DNA of 64,000 nucleotides from Isurus oxyrinchus (GCA_026770705.1 JANJGN010000102.1:310001-374000), one strand, 5' to 3'. Positions 11,920 to 25,770 are shown, numbered from the stretch's first letter. A program made the numbers and translations. Notes: generated by a model from the letters alone, not told the origin.

Positions 11920-14900
11920 GTACAGTCCATCATTAAAACTGGGGTACATTGATCATTAACACTGGGGTACACTGATCATTAACACTGGAGTATGCTGATC
12001 ATTAACACTGGGGTACAGTCCATCATTAACACTGGGGTACACTGATCATTAACACTGGGGTACACTGATCATTAACACTGGGGTACACTTATCATTAACA
12101 CTGGGGTACAGTCCATCATTAACACTGGGGTTACAGTCCATCATTAACACTGGGATATACTGATCATTAACACTGGGTTTCACTTATCATTAACACTGGG
12201 ATACACTAACCATTAACACTGGGATACACTGATCATTAACACTGGGGTTCATTTATCATTAACACTGGGATACACTGATCATTAACACTGGGGTTCACTG
12301 ATCATTAACACTGGAGTATGCTGATCATTAACACTGGGGTACAGTCCATCATTAACACTGGGGTTACAGTCCATCATTAGCACTGGGATACACTTATCAT
12401 TAACACTGGGGTACAGATCATCATTAACACTGGGGTACAGTCCATCATTAACACTGGGATATACTGATCATTAACACTGGGTTTCACTTATCATTAACAC
12501 TGGGATACACTAATCATTAACACTGGGATACACTGATCATTAACACTGGGGTTCATTTATCATTAACACTGGGATACACTGATCATTAACACTGGGGTTC
12601 ACTGATCATTAACACTGGAGTATGCTGATCATTAACACTGGGGTACAGTCCATCATTAACACTGGGGTACACTGATCATTAACACTGGGGTACACTGATC
12701 ATTAACACTGGGGTACACTTATCATTAGCACTGGGATACACTTATCATTAACACTGGGGTACAGATCATCATTAACACTGGGGTACAGTCCATCATTAAC
12801 ACTGGGATATACTGATCATTAACACTGGGGTTCACTTATCATTAACACTGGGATACACTAATCATTAACACTGGGATACACTGATCATTAACACTGGGGT
12901 TCATTTATCATTAACACTGGGATACACTGATCATTAACACTGGGGTTCACTGATCATTAACACTGGGATATACTGATTATTAACACTGGGATACACTTAT
13001 CATTAACACTGGCATACACAGATCATTAACACTGGGGTACAGATCATCATTAACACTGGGGTATAGTCCATCATTAACACTGGGGTATAGTCCATCATTA
13101 ACACTGGGGTATAGTCCATCATTAGCACTGGGATACACTTATCATAAACACTGGGGTACAGTCCATCATTAACACTGGGGTACAGTCCATCATTAACACT
13201 GGGATATACTGATCATTAACACTGGGGTTCACTTATCATTAACACTGGGATACACTAATCATTAACACTGGGATACACTGATCATTAACACTGGGGTTCA
13301 TTTAACATTAACACTGGGATACACTAATCATTAACACTGGGATACACTGATCATTAACACTGGGTTTCATTTATCATTAACACTGGGGTACAGATCATCA
13401 TTAACACTGGGGTACAGTCCATCATTAACACTGGGGTACAGTCCATCATTAACATTGGGATATACTGATCATTAACACTGGGGTTCACATCATTAACACT
13501 GGGATACACTAATCATTAACACTGGGATACACTGATCATTAACACTGGGGTTCATTTATCATTAACACTGGGATACACTGATCATTAACACTGGGGTTCA
13601 CTGATCATTAACACTGGGATAAACTGATCATTAACACTGGGATAAACTAATCATTAACACTGGGGTACCCTGATCATTAACACTGGGGTACCCTGTTCAT
13701 TAACACTGGGGTACCCTGATCGTTAACACTGGGGTACCCTGATCATTAACACTGGGGTACAGTCCACCATTAACACTGGGGTGCAGTCCATCATTAACAC
13801 TGGGGTACACTGATCATTAACACTGGGGTACAGACCATCATTAACATTGGGGTACAGACCATCATTAACACTGGGATATACTGATCATTAACACTGGGAT
13901 ATACTGATCATTAAGACTGGGGTACCTGATCATTAACACTGGGGTGCAGTCCATCATTAACACTGGCGTACAGTCTGTCATTAACACTGGGATATACTGA
14001 TCATTAACACTGGGATACACTTATTATTAACACTGGGGGACAGTCCGTCATTAACACTGGGATACACTGATCATTAACACTGGGATACATTTATCATTAA
14101 CACTGGGATTCATTTATCATTAACACTGGGATACACTGATCATTAACACTGGGGTTCACTGATCATTAACACTGGGATAAACTGATCATTAACACTGGCA
14201 TACAGTCCTCCATTAACACTGGCATACAGTCCGTCATTAACACTGGGATATACTGATCATTAACACTGGGATATACTGATCATTAACTCTGGGATACACC
14301 GATCATTAACACCGGGGTATGCTGATCATTAACACCAGGGTATGCTGATCATTAACACTGGGGTATGCAGATCATTAACACTGGAGTATGCTGATCATTA
14401 ATACTGGGTTACAGTCCATCATTAACACTGGGGTGCACTGATCATTAACACTGGGTTACAGTCCGTCATTAACACTGGCGTACAGTCTGTCATTAACACT
14501 GGGATATACTGATCATTAACACTGAGATATACTGATCATTAACACTGGGGTACACTGATCAATAACATTGGGATATACTGATCATTAACACTGGGATATA
14601 CTGATCATTAACTCTGGGATACATTTATCATTAACACTGGGATACACTGATCATTAAACTGGGGTTCACTGATCATTAACTCTGGGATACATTTATCATT
14701 AACACTGGGATACATTGATCATTAACACTGCGGTATGCTCATCATTAACACTGGGGTACAGTCCATCATTAACACTGGGGTACACTGATCATTAGCACTG
14801 GGGTACGGTCCGTCATTAACACTGGGATATACTGATCATTAACACTGGGATATACTGATCATTAACACTGGGGTACACTGATCATTAACTCTGGGGTGCA

Positions 14901-15700
14901 CCGATCATTAACACTGGGGTACAGTCGGTCATTAACACTGGTGTATAGCCGTCATTAACACTGGGATATACTGATCATTAACACTGGGATATACTGATCA
15001 TTAACTCTGGGATACATTTATCATTAACACTGGGATACACTGATCATTAACACCGGGGTATACTGATCATTAACACTGGGGTATGCTGATCATTAACACT
15101 GTGGTATGCTCATCATTAACAATGGGGTACAGTCCATCATTAACACTGGGGTACACTGATCATTAGCACTGGGGTACGGTCCATCATTAATACTGGGATA
15201 TACTGATCATTAACACTGGGATATCCTGATCATTAACACTGGAGTACAGTCCGTCATTAACACTGGGATATACTGATAATTAACACTGCGATATCCTGAT
15301 CATTAACACTGGGGTACACTGATCATTAACTCTGGGGTGCACCGATCATTAACTCTGGGATACAGTCCGTCATTAACACTGGCGTATAGCCGTCATTAAC
15401 ACTGGGATATACTGATCATTTACACTGGGATAAAGTGATCATTAACACTGGGGTACACTGACCATTAACACTGGGATACACTGATCATTAACACTGGGCT
15501 ACACTGAACCTTAGTACTGGGATACACTGATCATTAGCACCGGGGTTTACTGAACATTAGCACTGGGGTACAATCCATCATTAACACTGGGATATACTGA
15601 TCATTTACACTGGGGTACAATGCATCATTAACACTGGGGTACACTGATCATTAACATTTGGGTAAAGTCCATCATTCACAGTGGGATACAGTATGTCATT
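11914..15700 (+). repeat. 23-24-bp minisatellite (CATTAACACTGGGGTACACTGAT variants), ~160 units
   Basis: Direct inspection; the array begins in the last codons of the alpha2 exon. Confidence 0.95.
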
Positions 15701-15719
15701 AACAGTGCGACACAGTAAC

Positions 15720-16335
15720 TGACAGACAAGGCACAAACTGACAGACAGACATTTACAGACTGACAGACAGGCAGAGACGAATGGACAGACATAGACTGCG
15801 AGGTAGACAGGTGCAGACTGAGACAGATAGACACAGACTGATGGAAAGATTCACAGGCAGACATTGACAGCCGGTAAAAACACACTGAAAGACAGATACA
15901 CACAGGGCAGACAGGGGTTTCAGACCCATTCACAACAGCAGAGGTGAAGGTAGACACGGTCAGAGACAGACACACACACACACACCACACACACAGTCAA
16001 ACACACACACACAATCACAGACACACACAGTCATAAACGCGCACTGTCACAAACACAGTCACAAAGATACACACTGTCATATATATGCACACTCATAAAC
16101 GCACACACAATCACAGACACACACACTCTTAACATGCAGTCACAGGCACACACATAGTCACAAACTCACGCCGTCACAAACACACACATAGTCACAAACT
16201 CACACAGTCACAAACACACACAGTCAAAGACATACACAGTCACAAACACACACAGTCACAGACACACACAGTCACAAGCACGCACAGTCGCAAACTCACA
16301 GTCACAAACACACGCAGTCAAAGACATACACACAG
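15720..16335. repeat. GACA/CA-rich low-complexity repeat
   Basis: Direct inspection. Confidence 0.85.
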
Positions 16336-17926
16336 AGCAGAATTTTACATCTCGCAGACGAGTCCCCACCCGACGTGATTGGGTGTAAAATAGTGCGCGA
16401 TGACATCAGGTGAGCGTCCCGACGTCATCCTGCGCTCACACGATATTTTGCTCAGTGAGCGCACATGGGAGTCGGAGCCGTGCCCATCATCAATTAGAAG
16501 GCTGCTTCAGGCCATTAAAAAGGCAATTGACCAAGGTTTCACGTTGCCTGCGATTTCGCGCTCGTTGCACGGGTAGGTGGGCAGCCGACATTTTTGCAAA
16601 ACCTCATCCAAGGACGGGATAAAAAGGGTTAGCAGCATTGCCAGTGTGAGGACTTTGGTAGATAGTTTGCTGCCGGTTCCTTATTGGTACTTGGCAGCTT
16701 CATCTCTGTCCAGGGCTTCATTGGTAGCATTTCCAGGCTGGATGTGAGGACTCCTTGATGTTTTCAAGGCTCCTGGAGGATCTTGACCGTATAGACCCTT
16801 CCAAGTGTGACCCTGGTAATGGGGATTGTGCTCCCCGCTGGAGGCACCTCCTCTGAAGAGGAAGAGAGGGGCAGAAGGGAGAGGAGGCCTGCTATCCCAA
16901 TGCAGCTTCTGGGGGGAGCGACCTGTGGGTGGAAAGGTGCAGGCACAGCGGGCACAGAGCCAGCAGGTATCCCACAGTGGAAGGGGCCTCAGTGGACGCC
17001 ACTATCCTGCTGCCAGAGTTTACAGTGGGAGTGCAGCTACATCAATATGTCCAGCTGACCCACTGGTGCCTTGATGGCCACATGTGTGCAGTCGATGGTA
17101 TCCTGGACGCAGGGGAACCTAGCAATCATTGCAAAGCCTCTGGCTCACTCAACCTGGCTGGCCTCGTTTGTACGGAAATGAATAACTGTCAGTGCCCACC
17201 TGATCAGAGCTTCTCTCACCAGCTTCATGCAACTGTGAACAGCTGATTGGGAGACTCCACACAGATTCCCCACTGACCCCTGGAAAGTGCCAGAGGCATA
17301 GAAGTTGAGGAGCACTGTGGCCTTCAGAGCCACTGGCTTGGGGTGTCCACCCACACAACCGGAGATGATCTCAGATCCAGTCATCTGGCAAACGGAGGTC
17401 ACGGTCTCCCTTGAGAGGCAGAGCCTCCTTCGGCATTGCACCTCGGACATATAGAGGTAGCTGCATCGCCGCCTGTAAACCCTAGCAGCAGGATAGTGGC
17501 ATCTTCTGCAGCCCCTTCTGCCTTGGACTACCTGCTGGCCCTGCACCCCCTATGCCTGCACCTCTCATCCCACAGGTCGCTCCCCTGGAGGCTGAATATC
17601 GACACCTGGCCTCCTCCCCCTTCTGCCCCTCTCTTCCTCCTCAGAGGAGGTGCCTCCAGCGGAGACCACAATATCCATTACCAGGGTAACAAGAGGATGT
17701 CTGATACCTGGAAGGGTCCACACGATCTGAATTCTCCAGGGTCCTTAGAGACACCAAGGAGTCCCCAATTGAAGCCTGGAAATGCTAACAATGAAGCCCC
17801 GAACAGAGATGAAGCTGCTATATACCAATAAGTCACCAGCAGCAAACTATCTACCACACTCCTCACTTCTCACGCTGGCAATGCTGCTGACCCTTTTTAT
17901 CCCATCCATGGATGAGGTTTTTGAAA
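16336..17926. mobile_element. PIF/Harbinger-type DNA transposon remnants, two fragments in opposite orientation
   Basis: Minus ORF 17145-17546 ...VALKATVLLNFYASGTFQGSVGNLCGVSQSAVHSC... matches the Harbinger/HARBI1 transposase N-terminal motif. GCAGAATTTT-type terminus at ~16338. 16730-17050 is an inverted homolog of 17440-17760. Confidence 0.8.
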
Positions 17927-17974
17927 AAAGACACAGTCACAAACAAACACACACACAGTCACAAACACAGTCGC

Positions 17975-18017
<43 letters not shown>

Positions 18018-19001
18018 TAGAGTCACAGACACACTCAGTCACAAACAAAGTCACACACACACACACAGTCACAAACATGCTTAGTCACAAACACAGTCAC
18101 AAACAAACACACACAGTCTCAAACACAGTCACGCACGCACACACAGTCACAAACACGCTTAGTCACGAAGAGAGTCACGCACGCACACACAGTCACAAGC
18201 ACGCTCAGTCACAAACAAAATCACGCATGCACACACACACAGTCACAAACACGCTTAGTCACAAACACAGTCACAAACAAACACACACAGAGTCACAAAC
18301 ACGCTCAGTCACAAACAGTCACAAACAAACACACACAGGCACAAACACGCTTAGTTACAAACAGTCACAAACAAACACACACGCAGTCTCAAACACAGTC
18401 GCGCACGCGCACACACACGGTCACAAACACGCTCAGTGACACACAGTCACAAGCATGCTCAGTCACAAACAAAATCACGCACGCACACACACGCAGTCAC
18501 AAACACGCTTAGTCACAAACAGAGTCACAAACAAACACACACAGAGTCACAAACACAATCGCGCACGCACACACACACACAGTCACAAATACGCTCAGTC
18601 ACAAACAGTCACAAACAAACACACACAGAGTCACAAACACAGTCTCGCACGCACGCGCACACACAGTCACAAACACGCTCAGTCACAAACACAGTCACAA
18701 ACAAACACACACAGGCACAAACACGCTTAGTTACAAACACAGTCACAAACAAACATACACACACAAAGTCACAAACACGCTCAGTCACAAACAGTCACGC
18801 ACAAACACACATGCACACGCACACACACACACACACACACAGTCAAAAATATGCTCAGTCACAAAAACAGTCACGCACGCACACACACACACACACAGTC
18901 ACAAACACGCTTAGTTACAAACACAGTCACGCATGCACACACAAAACACTCACAAACACAGTCACGCACAAATACACACACACACACACACACACACACA
19001 C

Positions 19002-19117
19002 GGCAGAATTTTATGACAGCAGGGATTTTACGTTCCCGCTGTTGTCAATGGCATTTATAACAGCCCGCCGCATTTTACGGCCCTGTCCCCGTGGTAACGG
19101 GGCCGTAAAATTCTGCC
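19002..19117. mobile_element. 116-bp MITE, copy 1
   Basis: 12-bp TIR GGCAGAATTTTA ... TAAAATTCTGCC, same end type as the Harbinger remnants. Confidence 0.75.
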
Positions 19118-19672
19118 CACACAGTCACAAACATGCTCAGTCACAAACACAGTCATGCACAAATACACATACACACACACACATACACAGTCAAAATCAT
19201 GCTCAGTCACAAACACAGTCACGGACAAACACACACATACAGACAAAAACATGCTCAGTCACAAACTCAGTCACGCATGCACACAGACACACACACGGTC
19301 ACAAACACGCTTAGTCACACAGTCACAAAGACGCTCAGTCACAAACAAAGTCATGCACGCGCACACACACAGTCACAAACATGCTTAGTCACAAACACAG
19401 TCACAAACAAACACACACAGAGTCACAAACACAGTCTCGCACGCACGCGCACAAACGGTCACAAACATGCTCAGTCACAAACACAGTCACAAACAAACAC
19501 ACATAGGCACAAACACGCTTAGTTACAAACACAGTCACAAACAAACACATACACACACACAGTCACAAACACGCTCAGTCACAAACAGTCACGCACAAAC
19601 ACACATGCACACACACACACACACACACACACACAGTCAAAAATATGCTCAGTCACAAAAACAGTCACGCAT

Positions 19673-19705
<33 letters not shown>

Positions 19706-19807
19706 CACAAACACGCTTAATTACAAACACAGTCACGCATGCACACACAAAACACTCACAAACACAGTCACGCACAAATACACACACACACACACACACA
19801 CACACAC

Positions 19808-19923
19808 GGCAGAATTTTATGACAGCAGAGATTTTACGTTCCCGCTGTTGTCAATGGCATTTATAATGCCCCGCCGTATTTTACGGCCCTGTCCCCATGG
19901 TAACAGGGCCATAAAATTCTGCC
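19808..19923. mobile_element. 116-bp MITE, copy 2 (part of the tandem duplication)
   Basis: Same TIRs and same flanks as copy 1, offset 806 bp. Confidence 0.75.
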
Positions 19924-20421
19924 CACACAGTCACAAACATGCTCAGTCACAAACACAGTCATGCACAAATACACATACACATACACACACATACACAGTC
20001 AAAGTCATGCTCAGTCACAAACACAATCACGGACAAACACGCACATACAGACAAAAATATGCTCAGTCACAAACTCAGTCACGCATGCACACACACACAC
20101 ACAGTCACAAACACAGTCACACACAAGCACACATACACACAGTCACAAACATGCTCAGTCACAAACACAGTCACACATTCACACAGTCACAAACATGCTC
20201 AGTCACAAACAGTTACACACACAGTCACACAGTCACAAACACACAATCACAGTCACAGACATACACACAAAGTCACAAATCTGCTCAGTCAAACAAGTCA
20301 CGCATACACACACATACACAAACAATGCACACACACAAACGTGTACACACAGACTCATACAAGCGCACACATATTACATACAAATACAGAATTAAACTAA
20401 CTAATACCCTTTGATTTACAG

Positions 20422-20542
20422 AGGCAACAACGTCAATCATAAAAACCCAGTACAGATTGCAATCTGCGCAGTCGGCTTTGTGATTGGTGCCCTGGGAATG
20501 ATGACTGGCATCTGCCTGATTTTCTACTAGCGGGGAAATGAG
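20422..20542 (+). pseudogene. WA connecting-peptide/TM exon (class II alpha-type TM), frameshift near exon start
   Basis: Acceptor TTGATTTACAG; NNVNHKNPVQIAICAVGFVIGALGMMTGICLIFY*RGNE then GTAAAT. CxxGxxxGxxGxxxG is the class II alpha TM motif. TAG at 20528-20530. Confidence 0.85.
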
Positions 20543-20814
20543 GTAAATCGATTTAATTGTCTCTGGGGGCGGATATCTCTGACCTTCCAGCCAAACAAAT
20601 TGCTGAGAAATGGGTTTCTCTCCAAACTCCTCTTTGTTAATGAACTATGCTCAGCACCGGCAACAATCAGCACAGGAGAAATTAAACTGTTCACGGTGGA
20701 ATGAGTTTGAGGTTGTTTGTATTGATTACTCAAATCTCACACCAAACTGCATGGGGTAGGGTAAAACTTGAATGAGACCAGTAAAGAACTCTGTTCTCAG
20801 TTGAAAATTTGTTG

Positions 20815-22628
20815 GGGACGGTGTAGAGGGAGCTTTACTCTGTATCTAACCCCGTGCTGTACCTGTCCTGGGAGTGTTTGATGGGGACGGTGTGGAGGGA
20901 GCTTTACTCTGTATCTAATCCCGTGCTGTACCTGTCCTGGGAGTGTTTGATGGGGACAGTGTAGAGGGAGCTTTACTCTGTATCTAACCCTGTGCTATAC
21001 CTGTCCTGGGAGTGTTTGATGGGGACAGTGTAGAGGGCGCTTTACTTTGTATCTAACTCCGTGCTGTACCTGTCCTGAGAGTGTTTGATGGGGATGGTGT
21101 AGAGGGAGCTTTACTCTGTATCTAACCCTGTGCTGTACCTGTCCTGGGAGTGTTTGATGGGGACAGTGTAGAGGGAGCTTTACTCTGTATCTAACCCCGT
21201 GCTGTACCTGTCTTGGGAGTTTGATGGGGACAGTGCCCCATGCTGTACCTGCCCTGGGAGCGTTTCATGGGGACAGTGTAAAGGGAGCTTTACTCTGTAT
21301 CTAACCCCGTGCTGTACCTGTCCTGGGAGTGTTTGATGGACACGGTGTAGAGGGAGTTTTAAACTTTATCAAAACCCGTGCTGTACCTGTCCTGGGAGTG
21401 TTTGATGGGGACGGCATTGAGGGAGCTTTACTCTGTATCTAACCCCATGCTGTACCTGCCCTGGGAGTGTTTGATGGGGACAGTGTAGACAGAGCTTTAC
21501 ACTGTATCTGACCCCATGCTGTACCTGTCCTGGGAGTGTTTGATGGGGACGGTGTGGAGGGAGCTTTACTCTGTATCTAATCCCATGCTGTACCTGTCCT
21601 GGGAGTGTTTGATGGGGACAGTGTAGAGGGAGCTTTACTCTGTATCTAACCCCGTGCTGTGCCTGTCCTGGGTGTGTTTGATGGAGACGGTGTAGAGGGA
21701 GCTTTACTCTGTATCTAACCCCGTGCTGTACCTGTCCTGGGAGTGTTTGATGGGGACAGTGTAGAGGGAGCTTTACTCTGTATCTAACCCCGTGCTGTAC
21801 CTGTCCTGGGAATGTTTCATGGGGACAGTGTAGAGGGAGCTTTACTCTGTATCTAACCCCGTGCTGTACCTGTCCTGGGAGTGTTTGATGGGGACGGTGT
21901 GGAGGGAGCTTTACTCTGTATCCTACTCCGTGCTGTACCTGTCTTGGGAGTGTTTGATGGGGACGGTGTGGAGGGAGCTTTACTCTGTATCTAATCCCAT
22001 GCTGTACCTGTCCTGGGAGTGTTTGATGGGGACAGTGTAGAGGGAGCTTTACTCTGTATCTAACCCCGTGCTGTGCCTGTCCTGGGTGTGTTTGATGGAG
22101 ACGGTGTAGAGGGAGCTTTACTCTGTATCTAACCCCGTGCTGTACCTGTCCTGGGAGTGTTTGATGGGGACAGTGTAGAGGGAGCTTTACTCTGTATCTA
22201 ATCCCGTGCTGTACCTGTCCTGGGAATGTTTCATGGGGACAGTGTAGAGGGAGCTTTACTCTGTATCTAACCCCGTGCTGTACCTGTCCTGGGAGTGTTT
22301 GATGGGGACGGTGTGGAGGGAGCTTTACTCTGTATCCTACCCCGTGCTGTACCTGTCTTGGGAGTGTTTGATGGGGACAGTGTAGAGGGAGCTTTACTCT
22401 GTATCTAACCCCGTGCTGTACCTGTCCTGGGTGTGTTTGATGGGGACGGTGTAGAGGGAGCTTTACTCTGTATCTAACCCTGTGCTGTACCTGTCCTGGG
22501 AGTGTTTGATGGGGACAGTGTAGAGGCAGCTTTATACCATATATAACCCCGTGCTGTACCTGTCCTGGGAGTGTTTCATGGGGACGGTGTAGAGAGAGCT
22601 TTACACTGTATCTAACCCTGTGCTTCAA
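20815..22628 (-). repeat. 69-bp satellite array (~26 units)
   Basis: Reverse complement of the unit at 1-901; source of the 23-aa-periodic ORF 21369-22628. Confidence 0.95.
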
Positions 22629-24826
22629 TACCCCTGGACTAAGGAGGCTTCAGACATCCTGGTTCCCTGATCTCCTTGCCAGTGAGCCCTATCCATTTGG
22701 GACAGTTTCGGTTTGGCTATAGTCCTACCTCCAAGGTCGATTAGCCTACCGAGATCTACCACATGCATGAAGAACAGCTGCCAGGGTGTGCTATCTGAGG
22801 CCCATGGAAACTACAGCCCTTAAAGCAGCAGGGGAGAACGGCGGGTGGGCAGAATATTGAATCTGATGGCTGGGTGCTCGGTTTGGCAGACACCCAGCAC
22901 TACAAATATCTTTTGTCACAAATAAGGTGGGGTCCAGGGATCAGCAAACCATACCTGCGGAGGAGCCACAGGACTCGATGCTGAATGGAGAAGGGGCACA
23001 AGATGAAGGGACCCGTGTGGATCGGAGTGATCCAAACCAACCAGCAGAATGTTGAGCCAATCTGTGTCCTAATCTGATTTCACACACACACTCTTGTTCC
23101 TCAAAACTGTGTTTCCTTCAAAAAAAATTACATAATTTCTGCAAACGTGATACTGTTTTATTGTTAATTTTNNNNNNNNNNNNNNNNNNNNNNNNNNNNN
23201 NNNNNNNNNNNNNNNNNNNNNNNNNNNNNNNNNNNNNNNNNNNNNNNNNNNNNNNNNNNNNNNNNNNNNNNNNNNNNNNNNNNNNNNNNNNNNNNNNNNN
23301 NNNNNNNNNNCTCTCTCCCTGCCACTTTGAGGTTTGAAAGCACTTCCTCATTCCAGGGATGAGGAACTTGAGTAACATAGAATCGTTGGCTGGCACAGCA
23401 CAGAAGGAGGTCATTCAGCTCATCGTGCCTGTGCTCTCTGTTTGAAAGAGTGGTCCAATTGGTCCCCTATTCTCCAAGGCTAAAATTTTTCCCCTTCAAG
23501 TATTTCTCCAATTCCCCCTTTTTGAGCGTGAATCTGCTTCCACTGCCCTTTCAGGCAGTGCCTTCCAGATAACAACTCGCTGCGTCAAAAAAATTCTCCT
23601 CATTTCCCCCTCTGGTTCTTCCACCGATTCTCTCCAATCTGTTTGCACCACCCAATCCACGCCCCCCCCCCCCCCCCACCCCCCCTCTGGTTACCGCCCC
23701 ACCTGCCACTGGAAACAGTTTCTCCTTATTTACTCAATTGAAACCTTTCATGATTTTGGATGCCTCGATTCAATCTCCCCTTTAACCTTCTCTGCACCAA
23801 GGAGAACAATCCCAGCTTCTCCAGTCCCTCCACATGAACTGAGGTCCCCTCATCCCCGGGAACCGTTCTGGTAAATCTCCTGTGCCTTCCCTGGTACAGG
23901 AGATGGTACTGAGGGAGTTCCGTGGATGGATTGGAGAAGTTGGGAGTGTTCTCCTTGGGAAGAGAAAGTTGAGAGGAGATTTGAAAGAGGTGTTCAAAAT
24001 CTCAAGAGGCTCTGGGACAGAGTAGATAGGGAGAAACTGTTCCCATTGGCGGAAGGATTGAAAACCAAAGGGACACAGATTTAAGGCGGTTGGTAAAAGA
24101 AGCAATGGGGACATGAGGAGAAACTTTTTCATGCAGTGAGTGGTTAGGATCTGGAATGTGCTGCCTGAGAATGTGGTGGAGGCAGGGTCAATCGAGGCTT
24201 TCCGAAGGGGAATTGGTTCATTATCTGAAAAGGAAGAATGTGCAGGGTTACGGGGAGAAGCCATGGGATGGCACCAGTTGAATTGCTCATGCAGAGAGCC
24301 AGTGCAGACACGATGAGCCAAATGGCTTGCTCCCCGTGACGTAGCAATTTGGTGATTCTGATTAACTGCCCAGAGATGCTCACATCTGTGGACGGCAGCT
24401 GAAGACTATGGTTGATTCTGCTGCCTTCACATGCGTTTTGAGCGCAGAGTCGAAGACCGAGAACATAGGAGGCCATTCAGCCCCTCAGGTCTATTCCCCC
24501 ATTCAACAAGATCACGGCTGATCTGTGACCTATATCCAGATACCCACCTTTGCCCCAAATCCCTTAATACCTTTGGCTAACAAAAATCTCTCAATCTCAG
24601 TTTAAAATTAACTGACCCGGCATTAATTGCCATTTGGTGAAGAGAGTTCCAAACTCCGACCACCCTTTGTGTGTCGAAGTCTTTCCTCATTTCACTCTCA
24701 TTTTTGGACTCTGCCCTCTCATCCCAGGCTTCCCCAACCAGCGGGAAACAGTTTCCCTCTGTCAACACTCTCAGTTCCCCTTAATGTCCTGAAAACTTTG
24801 ATTAAATCACTCCCTGAATCTTCTAA
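21488..24826 (+). repeat. Source segment of the inverted duplicate at 31910-35051
   Basis: Near-identical ORFs in opposite orientation (e.g. 23782-24321 vs 32415-32954). The diagnostic satellite variant at 21488-21520 matches 35019-35051. Confidence 0.93.
23172..23310. other. Assembly gap (139 N)
   Basis: N run; the equivalent position in the inverted copy holds a (CA)n microsatellite (~33431-33490). Confidence 0.98.
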
Positions 24827-24933
24827 ATTCTGGGGAATACGACCCTTGTTTGTATAAATGGATCACCTGGGAGAGTTTCTATTGGATCCAGTATCGCAAT
24901 GGAATTCAACGCCTTCGAGACAGCTGGGGCAAG
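24374..24933 (+). pseudogene. Unidentified gene X, exon A, split by an antisense CR1 fragment (24461-24857)
   Basis: Acceptor CTGCCCAG; DAHICGRQLKTMVDSAAFTCVLSAESKT[E]WITWESFYWIQYRNGIQRLRDSWGK is open once the CR1 is removed; donor AAG|GTATGC, phase 0. Confidence 0.45.
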
Positions 24934-25034
24934 GTATGCTACATGGATAAAACTGGAAGAAAGCATTTATAAACAATGAGTAAAATATACTGCGGGTGGC
25001 TATTGAACAATAAATTGGGAATATCTTGCACATA

Positions 25035-25770
25035 TGAACGTACGAACTAGGAACAGGAGTAGGCCACTCAGCCCCTCGAGCCTGCTCCGCCATTCAATAT
25101 CATGGCTGATCTGATTGTAACCTCAACCCCACATTCCTGCCAACCCCCCGATAACCTTTCACCCCCTTGTTAATTCAGAATCTATCCACCTCTGCCTTAA
25201 AAATATTCAAAGACTCTGCTTCCACTGTCATTTGAGGAAGAAAGTTCCAAAGGCACTCGAACCTCTGAGAGACAAGATTTCTCCTCATCTCCATCCTAAA
25301 TGGGCGAACCCTTACATTTAAACAGTGACCCCACGTTCTAGATTCTCCCACAAGAGGAAACATCCTCTCTACTTCCACCCTGTCAAGACCATTCAGGATC
25401 TTAAAGGTTTCAATCAAGTAACCTCTTACTCTTCTAAACTCTAGCGGATACAAGCCTAGCCTGACCAATCTTTCCTCATAAGACAATCCACCCATTCCAG
25501 GTATTACTCTGGTAAACCGTCTTTGAGCTGCTTCTAACGCATTTACATCCTTCCTTAAATAAGGTGACCAATACTGTACACGATACTCCAAATGTGGTCT
25601 CACCAGTGCCCTGTACAACTGAAGCAAAACCTCCCTACTTTTGTGTTCAATTTAGCTCACAATAAATGCTATCATTCTATTAGCTTTCCTAATGACTTGC
25701 TGTGCCTGCATATGAGCCTTCTGTGATTCATGCAGTAGGACACCCAGATCCCTCTGCACCTCAGAGCTCT
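25035..25770 (-). mobile_element. CR1 LINE 3' fragment
   Basis: ORF 25175-25627 LYRALVRPHLEYRVQYWSPYLRKD... Confidence 0.9.

Larger units (their letters stand above)
17927..20385. repeat. CAGTCACAAACAC/(CA)n compound repeat containing an ~806-bp tandem duplication
   Basis: Direct inspection; the His/Thr-rich ORFs are translation artefacts. Confidence 0.9.

Noticed and set aside
11914-15700. Repeat with constant and variable parts resembling a CRISPR array
   Set aside because: Variable parts are 7-9 nt point variants of each other, not unique spacers; eukaryotic context, no cas genes.
17145-17546. Domesticated HARBI1 gene
   Set aside because: Fragmentary, frameshifted, and embedded in transposon-like termini.
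17782-20414. Long His/Thr/Gln-rich ORFs
   Set aside because: Translations of CA-rich simple repeat, open in several frames.
21369-22628. 419-aa ORF (and 355-aa ORF at 34049-35116) with 23-aa periodicity
   Set aside because: Stop-free frame of the 69-bp satellite; no splice or promoter context.
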